A stretch of 64,000 nt of DNA from Mariniblastus sp. Its GTDB lineage: Bacteria; Planctomycetota; Planctomycetia; Pirellulales; Pirellulaceae. Each line of letters starts with the position of its first letter. The first letter of the stretch is position 1. The notes beneath the pieces were generated by a model. That model had not been told where the DNA came from, did not search any database, and saw only the letters and a list, made by a program, of their open reading frames with translations. The stretch is from contig JBGCDK010000105.1 of NCBI GenBank assembly GCA_045105295.1, positions 3,445 through 67,444 on the forward strand. The letters are read 5' to 3'. The position numbers were made by a program, and so were the translations under genes. Of this stretch, positions 48,150 to 57,481 are shown piece by piece.

Positions 48150-48710
48150 TTACTCGTCAGGGCTTGAGTCGTCACCTGATGCGATGGCAATAACGCCACC
48201 AATCAAGCCAAGACGAAGCAAGCGACGATTGCCAAGCAGTCCACCACCGCCGAAACCTCCACCGCCACCACCAATTCCACCGCCAGGAGCAGCAGAAAAT
48301 GTGGAATAAGGAACACCAGAGTTGGCTTGGAGAAGCAATGGTGCTTGTCCACCAGTCGCGAACGGTTGAACATTGTAGGAAGAACCTCCAAAGTAACCGT
48401 CTGACGAACCGAACATCTGGTAAACACCAGGCTCAACGTTTGCGAAAGAGAACGAGCCGTCTTCTTTAGCTGTAACAGTGTCAATTACGACTCCGTTGGC
48501 GGAAAGCGTGACTTTGGCTTTGAGTGGTGTTTCTTTGCCTTCGAGTCGAGCAAACGCTTTACCAACAAGTTTGCCGTCTTTGTCAATTTCGACTTTTGCG
48601 ATTTCGGCTTTTTTGGCTTCGGCTGGAGCGGCCTTTTCGGCTTCTTGAGCGAAAGAAGTTGAAGCAAACGCTGCTGCGATTGCAAGGGAAAATAGCACTT
48701 TGCGGATCAT
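48150..48710 (-). CDS. Secreted carboxypeptidase-regulatory-like protein with Gly-rich C-terminal motif, paralogue 2
   Basis: Start MIRKVLFS matches paralogue 1 MIRKTLVS; EDGSFSFANVEPGVYQMFGS; tail GGGLLGNRRLLRLGLIGGVIAIASGDDSSPDE. Confidence 0.8.
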   Translation of the reverse strand: MIRKVLFSLAIAAAFASTSFAQEAEKAAPAEAKKAEIAKVEIDKDGKLVGKAFARLEGKETPLKAKVTLSANGVVIDTVTAKEDGSFSFANVEPGVYQMFGSSDGYFGGSSYNVQPFATGGQAPLLLQANSGVPYSTFSAAPGGGIGGGGGGFGGGGLLGNRRLLRLGLIGGVIAIASGDDSSPDE

Positions 48711-48989
48711 GTTGAGAAACCTTCGTGGTGTAGTGTCTATGTCGGAGCGATATGGGCTTGACACCGCTCGAATGTCGTAGGTGGTTCGAATTTTAAATTC
48801 TGTGTTCGGCATTGCAATCCCTTTCAAATACTTTTAGCGAAAAATGTAGCCTAGTCCTGAAAATCGCCAATCTCGCCCAGAAAGTTGGCCATTCATTCGG
48901 TTATTCAGGCAAAATTGCCGTAAGGGGATAGCGATCCGAGATTACCTTAGAAGCTTAATTTCCTCGGTATTCTTCCATAAAGAGCGCTA

Positions 48990-51713
48990 ATGGCCTTTGT
49001 TTTTGCCATCCTTCTCGCTTTAGCGGTTTTCGCCGCTCCGTGGCCAATCGGCGGCAATTGGGCCTTCACGCGCTTGGCTCTACTACTAGTTACGTTTAGT
49101 GGTTTGATTGGGGCAGTACTATGCCAATTCAAATCGTCACAAAGTCATGACACTCGGCGGACTGTGGTTTGGATGCTGTTGCTGATTGGTATCGCGTTTA
49201 CCTATTTTCAATCTTCCGACCTGAGTTCCTCTGTCCAAGCCCGGTTTGGCAAAGAAAACTCCGCCGTCAATATTTCGAAACGAATGGATGATACTTCGGA
49301 TGCTACTGCAACATCCAATACAAGTGACGGTCTGGCTCAACGACCAGTTTCGGTCTACCCCGGCGCAACGCGCGAAAAATTGGTTGACCTGATTCTCGGA
49401 GTCGGCTTGTTTTTCGCAGCCAGTGTTTTGTTGATCGAAAGAAAATCAATTCTTGCGATTCTTATCTCGCTCGCATCGGTGGGGGTGGCGATAAGCTTTT
49501 TTGGCGTCATTCAAAACCTTTCTTGGAATGGAAAACTTTTCTGGAGCTACGAACTGCTTTCCGGGGGTGGTCCATTCGGGTCGTTCGTGAACAAGAACAA
49601 CGCAGCTGGCTTTATGTTGATCAGTTTCAGCGCAACGATATTTTTCATTGCCAACCAGTTGTTGATTTGGAATCGAAGACAAGAGCCAGGTGGTTTGGTA
49701 TTGTCGTCTGTCGATTGGGAAAGTGAGCAACGAGAAAGTGAATCCTGGATCAAGCGATTCATGTCGATGGTCGCGTTGGTCGAACCCAAGCATCTCTACA
49801 TTGGAGCAGGCGTTGCCATAATCTTTGCAGGCGTTTTTGCATCACTCTCACGGGGTGGGATGGTTGCACTGGCGGGCGCGACGATCGTTGCCATCATTAG
49901 TGTGGGAAACATCAATCGAAAACTGGCCGCAGTGTTAGCCATTGCGTTGATCGGCTCTGGCGTTGCGTTCCTAAAATATTCTGAACAAGACGTTGGGATT
50001 TCAGATTCTTTGGAATCGCTCGCGGACATCAGCAACGCTGCCGCTCCAAGGTTGGCTCATTGGCAAGACGCATGGCCTTTCGCCATGGAGAATCTCGCGT
50101 TGGGGAGTGGAAATGGAACCTACCGTTACGTTTCTCCTTCGTTTCAATCTTTCTTTTTCCCGCGGACCTATGCCCACGCAGAGTCGATTTACCTCGAGAC
50201 GATTGTCGAAATGGGAGTCGGCGGCGTATTGCTACTGTTGCTTGTGATTGGAGTTTGTTTTTCGGGGTCGCTTAGACTGCTAACACGACGAGAGACTTTT
50301 GACCGTGCACTTGGCGTGACTGGCCTGACGTGTCTTACGGGGCAAGTGATTTCTTCGGCGTTTGATTTTGGAATGTATCAACCAGCAAATACCGTCGCGA
50401 TGGCGGTGTTGATGGGAGCGGTCGTTGGTCGTGCAAGCCAGCCTGAAACTCGCAACAAACCGAACACGGTCATGAGTGCACGAGTGGTAATCCTCGGCGG
50501 ACTGATGCTTATGCTGTTTTGTACTGGCTGGGCTAGTTACAATTCTTACGGGATCGAATCGCGGAAAAGCGCCACCCGAGCGATCAAGTTTTTAAATCGC
50601 AACAGACAGAAAGACGTTTCTGTCGGGCGAAACTCGCTGGACGAAATCGAGGCTCAATTAACAACAGCGATTGAAATTGTTCCCGACGATTTCAAGGCTC
50701 ATTTCCAGCTTGGCGAATTGTACGTTGCCAAGTACCGAGTCATCCAAGCCAAAAAAGTTACCGAGTCGTTAAAGGAAGAACTGAAGGCTCTCAAAGAATC
50801 AGGTGCCAGCCAAGAACAGTTGGCGTCGCTTGACATGCTTTCGAGTATTGATGCTCCAGCCGTTTGGGCCTCGACTTCGATATCGGCACTTCACCGCGAA
50901 GTCCGATTTCGAGATAGGAACAACCCAACCCTTGCTGAAGAAATTCGCAACGACGAAGGTGTCCAAGAATTTCTTAAGCCGGCTTGGGAATCTTTCTTGA
51001 AAGCCGAATCAATTTGCCCTCGTGTCGGTCATACGAAATTTCGATTGGCACAGTTGAGTGCCCTCTTCGATCCTGATCTGGAAATTGAATCCAAATATCT
51101 CGTTTCGGCACTGTCTCGTTCGCATTCGAGCACTCAGCTGAGATTTGATTGTGGGCTACTGGCGCTCAGCAGTGGTGATCAAGAGTTGGCCGTGGAATTG
51201 TGGGCAAAATGCCTTTCGACGCCCCACTTGAACGCTCAAGAAAAGGTAATTGTGGAGTTGTCCAAAACCGAACTGCCCATGAAATTGCTGTTTGAACGGG
51301 TTCTCCCGCAAAACCCGCTTAACCTGCTTCGTGTTGCACGGAAATACTTCCGAGAGCCTCGACTGGAGCTTCCAAAGCGAATGCTGCTGGTTCATACTAG
51401 ACGCGTAATTGATAAAAACACTGAACTTTCCGACGCTGACCGTTTTTTCTTTTTAGGCGAAACGGATAGACTGGTGGATCAATTCGAAGCTGCAGCTGAG
51501 AACTACAAGAAAGCTCTCGACGCAGACCCCGCAAGGATTGCATGGCGATTTGAGTATGCAAAATGTTTGCACCAGATCGGTAATTTTGATGAAGCAGTAC
51601 GCCAACTCAAAATTTGCGAATTAGAACCAAGCAAAATCCACTCTTTCATCAAACCACTTTTGGACCGAATACGCAAAGACCGCGCAAACGCAACTGAAAA
51701 AGTTCGTTTTTAA
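48990..51713 (+). CDS. O-antigen ligase (Wzy_C) family protein with large C-terminal TPR region
   Basis: Multiple TM helices; GSFVNKNNAAG, SLSRGG, RLAHW, GSGNGTY, HAESIYLE; TPR-like repeats in the last ~350 aa. Confidence 0.85.
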   Translation: MAFVFAILLALAVFAAPWPIGGNWAFTRLALLLVTFSGLIGAVLCQFKSSQSHDTRRTVVWMLLLIGIAFTYFQSSDLSSSVQARFGKENSAVNISKRMDDTSDATATSNTSDGLAQRPVSVYPGATREKLVDLILGVGLFFAASVLLIERKSILAILISLASVGVAISFFGVIQNLSWNGKLFWSYELLSGGGPFGSFVNKNNAAGFMLISFSATIFFIANQLLIWNRRQEPGGLVLSSVDWESEQRESESWIKRFMSMVALVEPKHLYIGAGVAIIFAGVFASLSRGGMVALAGATIVAIISVGNINRKLAAVLAIALIGSGVAFLKYSEQDVGISDSLESLADISNAAAPRLAHWQDAWPFAMENLALGSGNGTYRYVSPSFQSFFFPRTYAHAESIYLETIVEMGVGGVLLLLLVIGVCFSGSLRLLTRRETFDRALGVTGLTCLTGQVISSAFDFGMYQPANTVAMAVLMGAVVGRASQPETRNKPNTVMSARVVILGGLMLMLFCTGWASYNSYGIESRKSATRAIKFLNRNRQKDVSVGRNSLDEIEAQLTTAIEIVPDDFKAHFQLGELYVAKYRVIQAKKVTESLKEELKALKESGASQEQLASLDMLSSIDAPAVWASTSISALHREVRFRDRNNPTLAEEIRNDEGVQEFLKPAWESFLKAESICPRVGHTKFRLAQLSALFDPDLEIESKYLVSALSRSHSSTQLRFDCGLLALSSGDQELAVELWAKCLSTPHLNAQEKVIVELSKTELPMKLLFERVLPQNPLNLLRVARKYFREPRLELPKRMLLVHTRRVIDKNTELSDADRFFFLGETDRLVDQFEAAAENYKKALDADPARIAWRFEYAKCLHQIGNFDEAVRQLKICELEPSKIHSFIKPLLDRIRKDRANATEKVRF

Positions 51714-51793
51714 GTTCATTGGAATTCGTTTCGACTCCTCCACTTCCACAGTTCTACTACCTCGATTGACAGCTTAAACGGAGCCCCGCTCAG

Positions 51794-54103
51794 ATGTCTC
51801 TAATCAACGTCGATTTTCCCAACGGTCCAAACCATCCCAGTGCGGGCCACAACGGTATGCAACAGGCAGCTGGTCAAAAAACAGACGCTTATAGTCTTGA
51901 TCTTTTCGATTTGGTCAAAAGGAAATTCTGGATCATTCAGTTTTTCGTCTTGTTGGGTATTGGGCTTTCGTTGTTGTATTACTTCAAAGCTCCAAAAACC
52001 TATGAGTCGATTGCGACAATTTTTGTCGATGAGAAATCGGCTCCAATGGCCGGCGACTCAGATGGCTTTTCAAACGAAAGCTCAATAGAAAAGTATCTCG
52101 TTACTTTAAAGAGTACGAAGATCCTCAAGCCTGCCATTGCCTCTGGTAATTTTCACGACCTTGATACATTTGCCGACTGCGATGACATCCTTTACTTCCT
52201 CCGTGAAGAAGACGCTCTCTCCGCTAAACCAGCAGATGCGAAATCGACATCGGGTGTTATCAAGCTCTCGTTCCAAGGCAGCTCGCCAGAGGAATGCCAA
52301 GCCGTGCTCGACGAAATCGTGGCAACGTTTGACGAACACATTCTGTCGACCACCAAGAATATTGGTGGAGAGACAGCAAAATTGGTCACTGATATCAAGG
52401 ATCAAATGCTGACTCAGCTAGAAGAGGTTGATGCTGAGATCCGTGAATTGATGGTTCGGCCTGAACTTCTCAACATCGACGGGCGAGTCGTTAATCCGCA
52501 CCAAATGCAGCTGGGGTTGCTTCATCAGGAACTACACGATGTTCGAAGCGAGCGTCGAAAGATTCTTGCTCGCGTCGAAAATGTCAAAAAGGATTTGGCA
52601 CTCGGGAAAATGCCTGAGGATTTGGTCGTCGAGATCATGAGTGAGTCGGTCGACAAATCAACGGGTGCTTACGCAACGGTTCAGAGCCAATTTGTTGAGC
52701 TGAAAATCAAAGAGCAAGAGCTGTTGAATCAGTTCGGCCCCGATCACCCTGATGTCCGCTCGATTCGGAACAAAATCGAAACTGTCGACCAAATGCGTTT
52801 ACAAGAGCTTGCCGCAATGCGAGGGAGTAAGCGTCAGAACGACGGTGAAGCATCGACTCAAAATCTGGTCGCTGATTTTCTGAATCAGATGCAACGCAAA
52901 GTCGCGATGCTGAATTCAGAAGAGAAAAGCTTGGACGAATCAATTCAGGCAGAGCAACAGGAATCGACTTCTGTTTCTGCTTTGGTTGAAAACCTAAACA
53001 GCCTCCAGCGTAAGCGTGAGCGATTGGAAAACGGATCAGCCGCGATCATCGAACGATTGGGCGAGATTAACGCGTTGAAAGAACACTTGTGGCGTAACCT
53101 TGCTGTACTTGATCCTCCATCGTTGGGCGAAAAAGTTGCTCCAAGTTTGCCGATCAGCTTGGCTGCTGGATTTTTCCTTGGTTCATTGTTGGGGCTTCTG
53201 TTCGCAGGATTCAAAGACATCGCCGAGAAAACGTTCCGCTCATCTGACGACGTTGGCAAAATGTTGAACACCCGCGTGATTGGACACGTCAGCATGTTCC
53301 AAAAACTTAGAGCGAAACAACGGAACAGTCAGTTTCCAAACGTACAGGCCGAGGTCGTTACGATGCACGCACCCGCGGCTCAGTCGAGCGAGTCCTACCG
53401 GGCCATCCGAACCTCGATCTTTTTTAAGGCTCAGGAAACAGGAGCCAAGGTCATCCAGGTCACGAGTCCGACTCCTGGCGATGGAAAATCTACGACAATT
53501 TCAAACTTGGCGGCTTCGATCGCCCAGTCAGGCCGGCGTGTTTTGCTAATCGACGCAGACATGCGAAAGCCAGTCCAGCATAAACTGTTCGGAGTCACGA
53601 ATGATTTTGGATTGACCTCCGCGATCAGTGGCGAAATGGATCCTGAAGAAGTCATCCAGCCAATCCAGGCAGAGTATTTGTCGATCGTGACCGCCGGCCC
53701 GATTCCAAACAATCCGGCCGAGCTACTGACGTCCGCTCGATTTGCTGCGATCATCGAAGAGTACAGAAGCCAATTCGATTTTGTCTTGATCGACACGCCT
53801 CCAATGCTTGCCGTCACCGACCCAAGCATCGTCTGCGGTCATGTCGATCTGGTCTATCTTGTGATGCGAATTCGAAATGGTGTTAGAACGAGTGCTTTGC
53901 GAGCCAAAGAGATTATCGACTCGATGGGAATCGAACTCGGTGGTGTCGTCATCAACGGTTTGCGTCGCCGTGACCAGAAAACTTACGAGTACTCGGGACA
54001 GTACGGTTACGGTACGAATCAATACGGTCGTGGGAATAAGGCTGCTGCATCGGTACCAGCAGCAAGGACGGCACGAAAAAAACGACCCAGTTCGCGAGTA
54101 TAG
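51794..54103 (+). CDS. wzc: Polysaccharide co-polymerase tyrosine autokinase
   Basis: Two TM helices flanking coiled coil; TSPTPGDGKST, LIDADMR, LIDTPP; Tyr cluster YEYSGQYGYGTNQY. Confidence 0.93.
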   Translation: MSLINVDFPNGPNHPSAGHNGMQQAAGQKTDAYSLDLFDLVKRKFWIIQFFVLLGIGLSLLYYFKAPKTYESIATIFVDEKSAPMAGDSDGFSNESSIEKYLVTLKSTKILKPAIASGNFHDLDTFADCDDILYFLREEDALSAKPADAKSTSGVIKLSFQGSSPEECQAVLDEIVATFDEHILSTTKNIGGETAKLVTDIKDQMLTQLEEVDAEIRELMVRPELLNIDGRVVNPHQMQLGLLHQELHDVRSERRKILARVENVKKDLALGKMPEDLVVEIMSESVDKSTGAYATVQSQFVELKIKEQELLNQFGPDHPDVRSIRNKIETVDQMRLQELAAMRGSKRQNDGEASTQNLVADFLNQMQRKVAMLNSEEKSLDESIQAEQQESTSVSALVENLNSLQRKRERLENGSAAIIERLGEINALKEHLWRNLAVLDPPSLGEKVAPSLPISLAAGFFLGSLLGLLFAGFKDIAEKTFRSSDDVGKMLNTRVIGHVSMFQKLRAKQRNSQFPNVQAEVVTMHAPAAQSSESYRAIRTSIFFKAQETGAKVIQVTSPTPGDGKSTTISNLAASIAQSGRRVLLIDADMRKPVQHKLFGVTNDFGLTSAISGEMDPEEVIQPIQAEYLSIVTAGPIPNNPAELLTSARFAAIIEEYRSQFDFVLIDTPPMLAVTDPSIVCGHVDLVYLVMRIRNGVRTSALRAKEIIDSMGIELGGVVINGLRRRDQKTYEYSGQYGYGTNQYGRGNKAAASVPAARTARKKRPSSRV

Positions 54104-54166
54104 TTTCTGATCGCACACTCGATTGAAATTACCAAGCGAAAATTTAAGCCTTTCGTTTGCGACAAA

Positions 54167-54206
54167 TTGACGCCTTTCTTGATAAAGTTTAGCGTCAACT
54201 TTTTTT
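54167..54206 (+). terminator. Possible terminator after wzc
   Basis: TTGACGC...GCGTCAA arms followed by a T-run; large interrupted stem. Confidence 0.4.
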
Positions 54207-54443
54207 GCTAATCTGAATCCGGTTCACGATTGGCTCAATAAAGCCGTTTTTTGAAGCATCATCTTGTCGGCCGCGTATTGTTGTGTTTGAGTAAAATGGA
54301 CACGGTCAGGTCATTCTTGATGGTTGGGAAGAACACGAATGGGTTTGACACTGAATCCACTGGTTCTAGAATAGCGTCAGATAAAGCCGATATTTACATG
54401 GCATAAGCCATTGTCGGAAATCTTTTTGAAGTGAGTAAAGTCC

Positions 54444-54659
54444 ATGTTTGAATTTGAAACACCACAAACTTTCCTGTTAGCGTTTGGGATGCCTGGTCTT
54501 CCCGAAATGTTAATCATCGGTGCGATATTTTTGTTGATCTTCGGTGGTGCAAAACTGCCAAGCCTGATGCGAAATCTTGGCCGTAGCGTCAACGAATTCA
54601 AGACAGGAATCAAAGAGACGCCTTCGGACGCAAGCATCGAAGACAACACAGAAGCGTAA
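54444..54659 (+). CDS. tatA: Twin-arginine translocase TatA/TatE family subunit
   Basis: GLPEMLIIGAIFLLIFGGAKLPSLMRNLGRSVNEFK. Confidence 0.9.
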   Translation: MFEFETPQTFLLAFGMPGLPEMLIIGAIFLLIFGGAKLPSLMRNLGRSVNEFKTGIKETPSDASIEDNTEA

Positions 54660-54749
54660 TTTTCTGATACGAGCTTTCCAGTCTCTCTTGGCGAACTTCT
54701 TTTGCCTCGTCAGAATTCGAAAGTCACCATAGTCGAGAGCATAGCTTTA

Positions 54750-55040
54750 ATGATCGCATTTTTTGGAATTGGAACGCCCGGAATTGGCGAAGCAATTTTG
54801 ATTGGAGTGGTCGCAGTTGTCCTGTTCGGCAAACGACTTCCCGAAGTTGCCCGTTCACTTGGCAGTTCCTATCAGCAGTTCCGAAAGGGGCTTTCTGACA
54901 TTCAAAACTCCATCAAAGAAGACATCGATTTGGATTTGGAGTCCGGCCCCTCTACAAGACTGCCCGACTACAGCGATGTACAGGACTACGACGAACCGAC
55001 CGCGCCCAAGTTTGAGCCGCCAGTCGAAGAGGTCAGTTAG
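54750..55040 (+). CDS. Second TatA/TatB family subunit
   Basis: GIGEAILIGVVAVVLFGKRLPEVARSLGSSYQQFRKG; start at ATG 54750. Confidence 0.88.
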   Translation: MIAFFGIGTPGIGEAILIGVVAVVLFGKRLPEVARSLGSSYQQFRKGLSDIQNSIKEDIDLDLESGPSTRLPDYSDVQDYDEPTAPKFEPPVEEVS

Positions 55041-55103
55041 GACGCTCACCTGGGCAATGGGGTTTGCTACACGTTCATGAAGGTCGCTCGAGTCTTCTTT
55101 TCC

Positions 55104-55147
55104 GACTCTTTCATTTTCAACTTTTTCATTTTCGACTTTTTCAATTC
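55104..55147. repeat. Three 15-bp pyrimidine-rich tandem repeats
   Basis: GACTCTTTCATTTTC / AACTTTTTCATTTTC / GACTTTTTCAATTC. Confidence 0.7.
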
Positions 55148-55479
55148 GGAAATCATCGTTGATGACAAGCCAGAGGGATACCGGTACGGCCCTTGGGACT
55201 GAGAATCCCACCGAGGCGAAAAAAGGCCCGTGCCAATGATACGGAACTTGAATTGAGTCAACTGAGCGAATAGGTCGATGGCTTACTCGGAATCGACAGG
55301 CAACCATTCCGTAATTGCACTCGTTCGAGTCGCTTCGTCGCCGTCAAGCGGATCAGAACCATTTCCACCGAACACTTTGTCCAACGCCGTGGTCGCGAAC
55401 ATCCGCACTGCCGAAGTTTCAAAAAATCCACGAAACACTCGGACGCCGGTTATGGCAATTCTATCGCGATCCGACCGTA

Positions 55480-56292
55480 TCATTGCCCTTCGATCCGTTT
55501 GATCACCTCGCTCAAAACATCGTCTTTCATTTCGATCGTGTTGCTCCGATCAGGGAACCGACCGTCAACCACATCGGCAGCGTACTCTTGAAACGCAGCG
55601 ACTCTTTCTTGCTGAAGCCGTTTATGTTCGGCACTGAAATCACGATACGATTTCGCATGACGGGGGAGCCGTTCGTCATAGTCTCCCAAGATATCATCCG
55701 AGAAAAGAAACTGCGTGTCGCAACCGTCACCAGAGCCGAGCGACATCAAAATCATAGAAGTGTTTTTAGATAGGTAGCTCGCCAGCTGATGCGGCACACA
55801 TTCCAGTTCTGCCGCGTAAGCCCCGGCTTCCTCAAGCCGTTTCATTTGACGAAAGAGCTCAACCGCTTCATCGGGCTTTTTACCAATCGCACGATAACCG
55901 GTCCAAGTCACGTGCCTCGGGACCATCCCCAGATGGCCAACAACTGGAACACGCTCGTTCGCCATGGCTTGGATAATTTCGAGGCTCCCCGAGCAGTAGA
56001 CTGAACTTGCGCCAGCCTCCAATGCTTCAAACGCGATCTTGATGGCTTCTGAGCTCGACGCCATGCCGTTTGGCGAAGCGCACGAGATAAAACTGGTCGG
56101 AGCGGCGGCGACGATTTTTGGCAGGCGTGCCTGGGCTTCGGGAGAATCGAAACTGCAGCTCAGCAAATCAATTCCGGCTTGTTCGGCGGCGGTGGCTTCT
56201 TCCGAAGATTTTACATGAACATGTGTCAAGCAACGTTGACCTTTTAGTTTTTGCAAATCGTAGACCGTGTATCGTTTTCTTGGTCGAAGCAT
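55480..56292 (-). CDS. Divergent PanB-like (ketopantoate hydroxymethyltransferase family) protein
   Basis: VPVVGHLGMVP, LEEAGAYAAELECVP, SLGSG..CDTQFLFSDDILG; N-terminal metal motifs altered; start at MLRPRK chosen. Confidence 0.8.
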   Translation of the reverse strand: MLRPRKRYTVYDLQKLKGQRCLTHVHVKSSEEATAAEQAGIDLLSCSFDSPEAQARLPKIVAAAPTSFISCASPNGMASSSEAIKIAFEALEAGASSVYCSGSLEIIQAMANERVPVVGHLGMVPRHVTWTGYRAIGKKPDEAVELFRQMKRLEEAGAYAAELECVPHQLASYLSKNTSMILMSLGSGDGCDTQFLFSDDILGDYDERLPRHAKSYRDFSAEHKRLQQERVAAFQEYAADVVDGRFPDRSNTIEMKDDVLSEVIKRIEGQ

Positions 56293-56367
56293 TTCGTAGC
56301 CCTGAGTCTTTCGGTAGAAGTTTCGTCCGCATCGTTTCGTGATCGGGAATTGTAGCAAACGAGAAAC

Positions 56368-56398
56368 AAAAAAACGCCCGTCTAAGATGACGGGCGTT
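56368..56398 (-). terminator. Rho-independent terminator after the YceI gene
   Basis: AACGCCCGTC-TAAGAT-GACGGGCGTT perfect stem with A-tract. Confidence 0.8.
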
Positions 56399-56488
56399 AG
56401 AAATTTGGTTGCCAAAAAGATGGCTGATCGGTGCAGCAGGCACTTGGAAGTTTTCTACCAAACGCGAACTGAAGTCAGGTCGATCAAC

Positions 56489-57481
56489 TTACTTGCCGTT
56501 GCCACCGCGTTGACCGCCTCTTTGTCCGCTCCCACGCTGTCCACGCTCGGAACGCATCTTCTCGAAGAACTCATTGAATTCCTTTTTCGAAACGGATTCG
56601 TCACCGTCAGCGTCCATTCGCTTAAGTCGATCCTGCATGCCGCTTTCGACTTCATCCATTGAGATTTTTCCATCGCTGTTCTTGTCTTGTTGTTTGAAGA
56701 ACACATCTGGGTTCCACCCGCCACGACCACCGGCTCCCCGACCACCTCTAGCAGCTGGAGCAGCACCTGCAGTTGTTTTTTCGCCAACAGAAAGATTGAT
56801 GGCGACTTCTTTGGCGACTCGGTCAACCATGTTTCCCATGCCGAAAGAAGTTCGGTCCAGTTTAAATTCTGATTTTGCTGTAACGCCAGCTTCCGTTTTC
56901 TTCATGGCAACAGGAAGAGTGATTTCGTTGGTCTTTCCCATGATTGTCAGATCGCCAACAACATTCAAAGTGCCTTCTTTTTCATCGGCAGCAACACTTT
57001 TACTTTCGAATTTAGCCGTTGGGTATTTTTTGGCATCAAAGAAATCTTCGTTGAGTAAATGCCCGGTCAGTTTCTCACCGGCTTCTGTCCAGATCGAGTC
57101 GATTTGAAATTCCATCGAAAGCGATTTGATCGACGAGCCATCCTCAGTCAATGACAACGATCCATTGAATTTTTTAAATCCACCCAAACGCGCGTTCGGG
57201 TCTTCGCCAGACTCAACGATGTGGGTACCGACAAAGTCGATCTTGGTATTCTCTGGTGTCAGTGCCGCTGTTCCGTCATTGAACTCGATAACGACTGGCT
57301 TGGATTCCTGGGTTCCACCGCGTCGTCCGCGCTGGCCTCGTTGCCGTCGACCACCCTCGGGCCGAGCATCATCTGCAGTTTTAGCAGCGGGCTTCGACTC
57401 TTTCTCGGCAGTGTCTTGTGCATGAATATTTGTTGAACCCGCAATCAGCATCGCGAACGATAAGTAGATTAATTTTTTCAT
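56489..57481 (-). CDS. Secreted YceI-family protein with C-terminal EF-hand pair
   Basis: Signal peptide; HLLNEDFFDAKKYPTAKFES, GDLTIMG.T.EI, LDRTSFGM; DKNSDGKISMDE and DADGDESVSKKE; start at MKKLIY chosen. Confidence 0.85.
   Translation of the reverse strand: MKKLIYLSFAMLIAGSTNIHAQDTAEKESKPAAKTADDARPEGGRRQRGQRGRRGGTQESKPVVIEFNDGTAALTPENTKIDFVGTHIVESGEDPNARLGGFKKFNGSLSLTEDGSSIKSLSMEFQIDSIWTEAGEKLTGHLLNEDFFDAKKYPTAKFESKSVAADEKEGTLNVVGDLTIMGKTNEITLPVAMKKTEAGVTAKSEFKLDRTSFGMGNMVDRVAKEVAINLSVGEKTTAGAAPAARGGRGAGGRGGWNPDVFFKQQDKNSDGKISMDEVESGMQDRLKRMDADGDESVSKKEFNEFFEKMRSERGQRGSGQRGGQRGGNGK

Noticed and set aside
54855-55307. 150-aa minus-strand ORF
   Set aside because: It overlaps the well-supported second tat gene antisense by about 185 bp and has no recognisable domain
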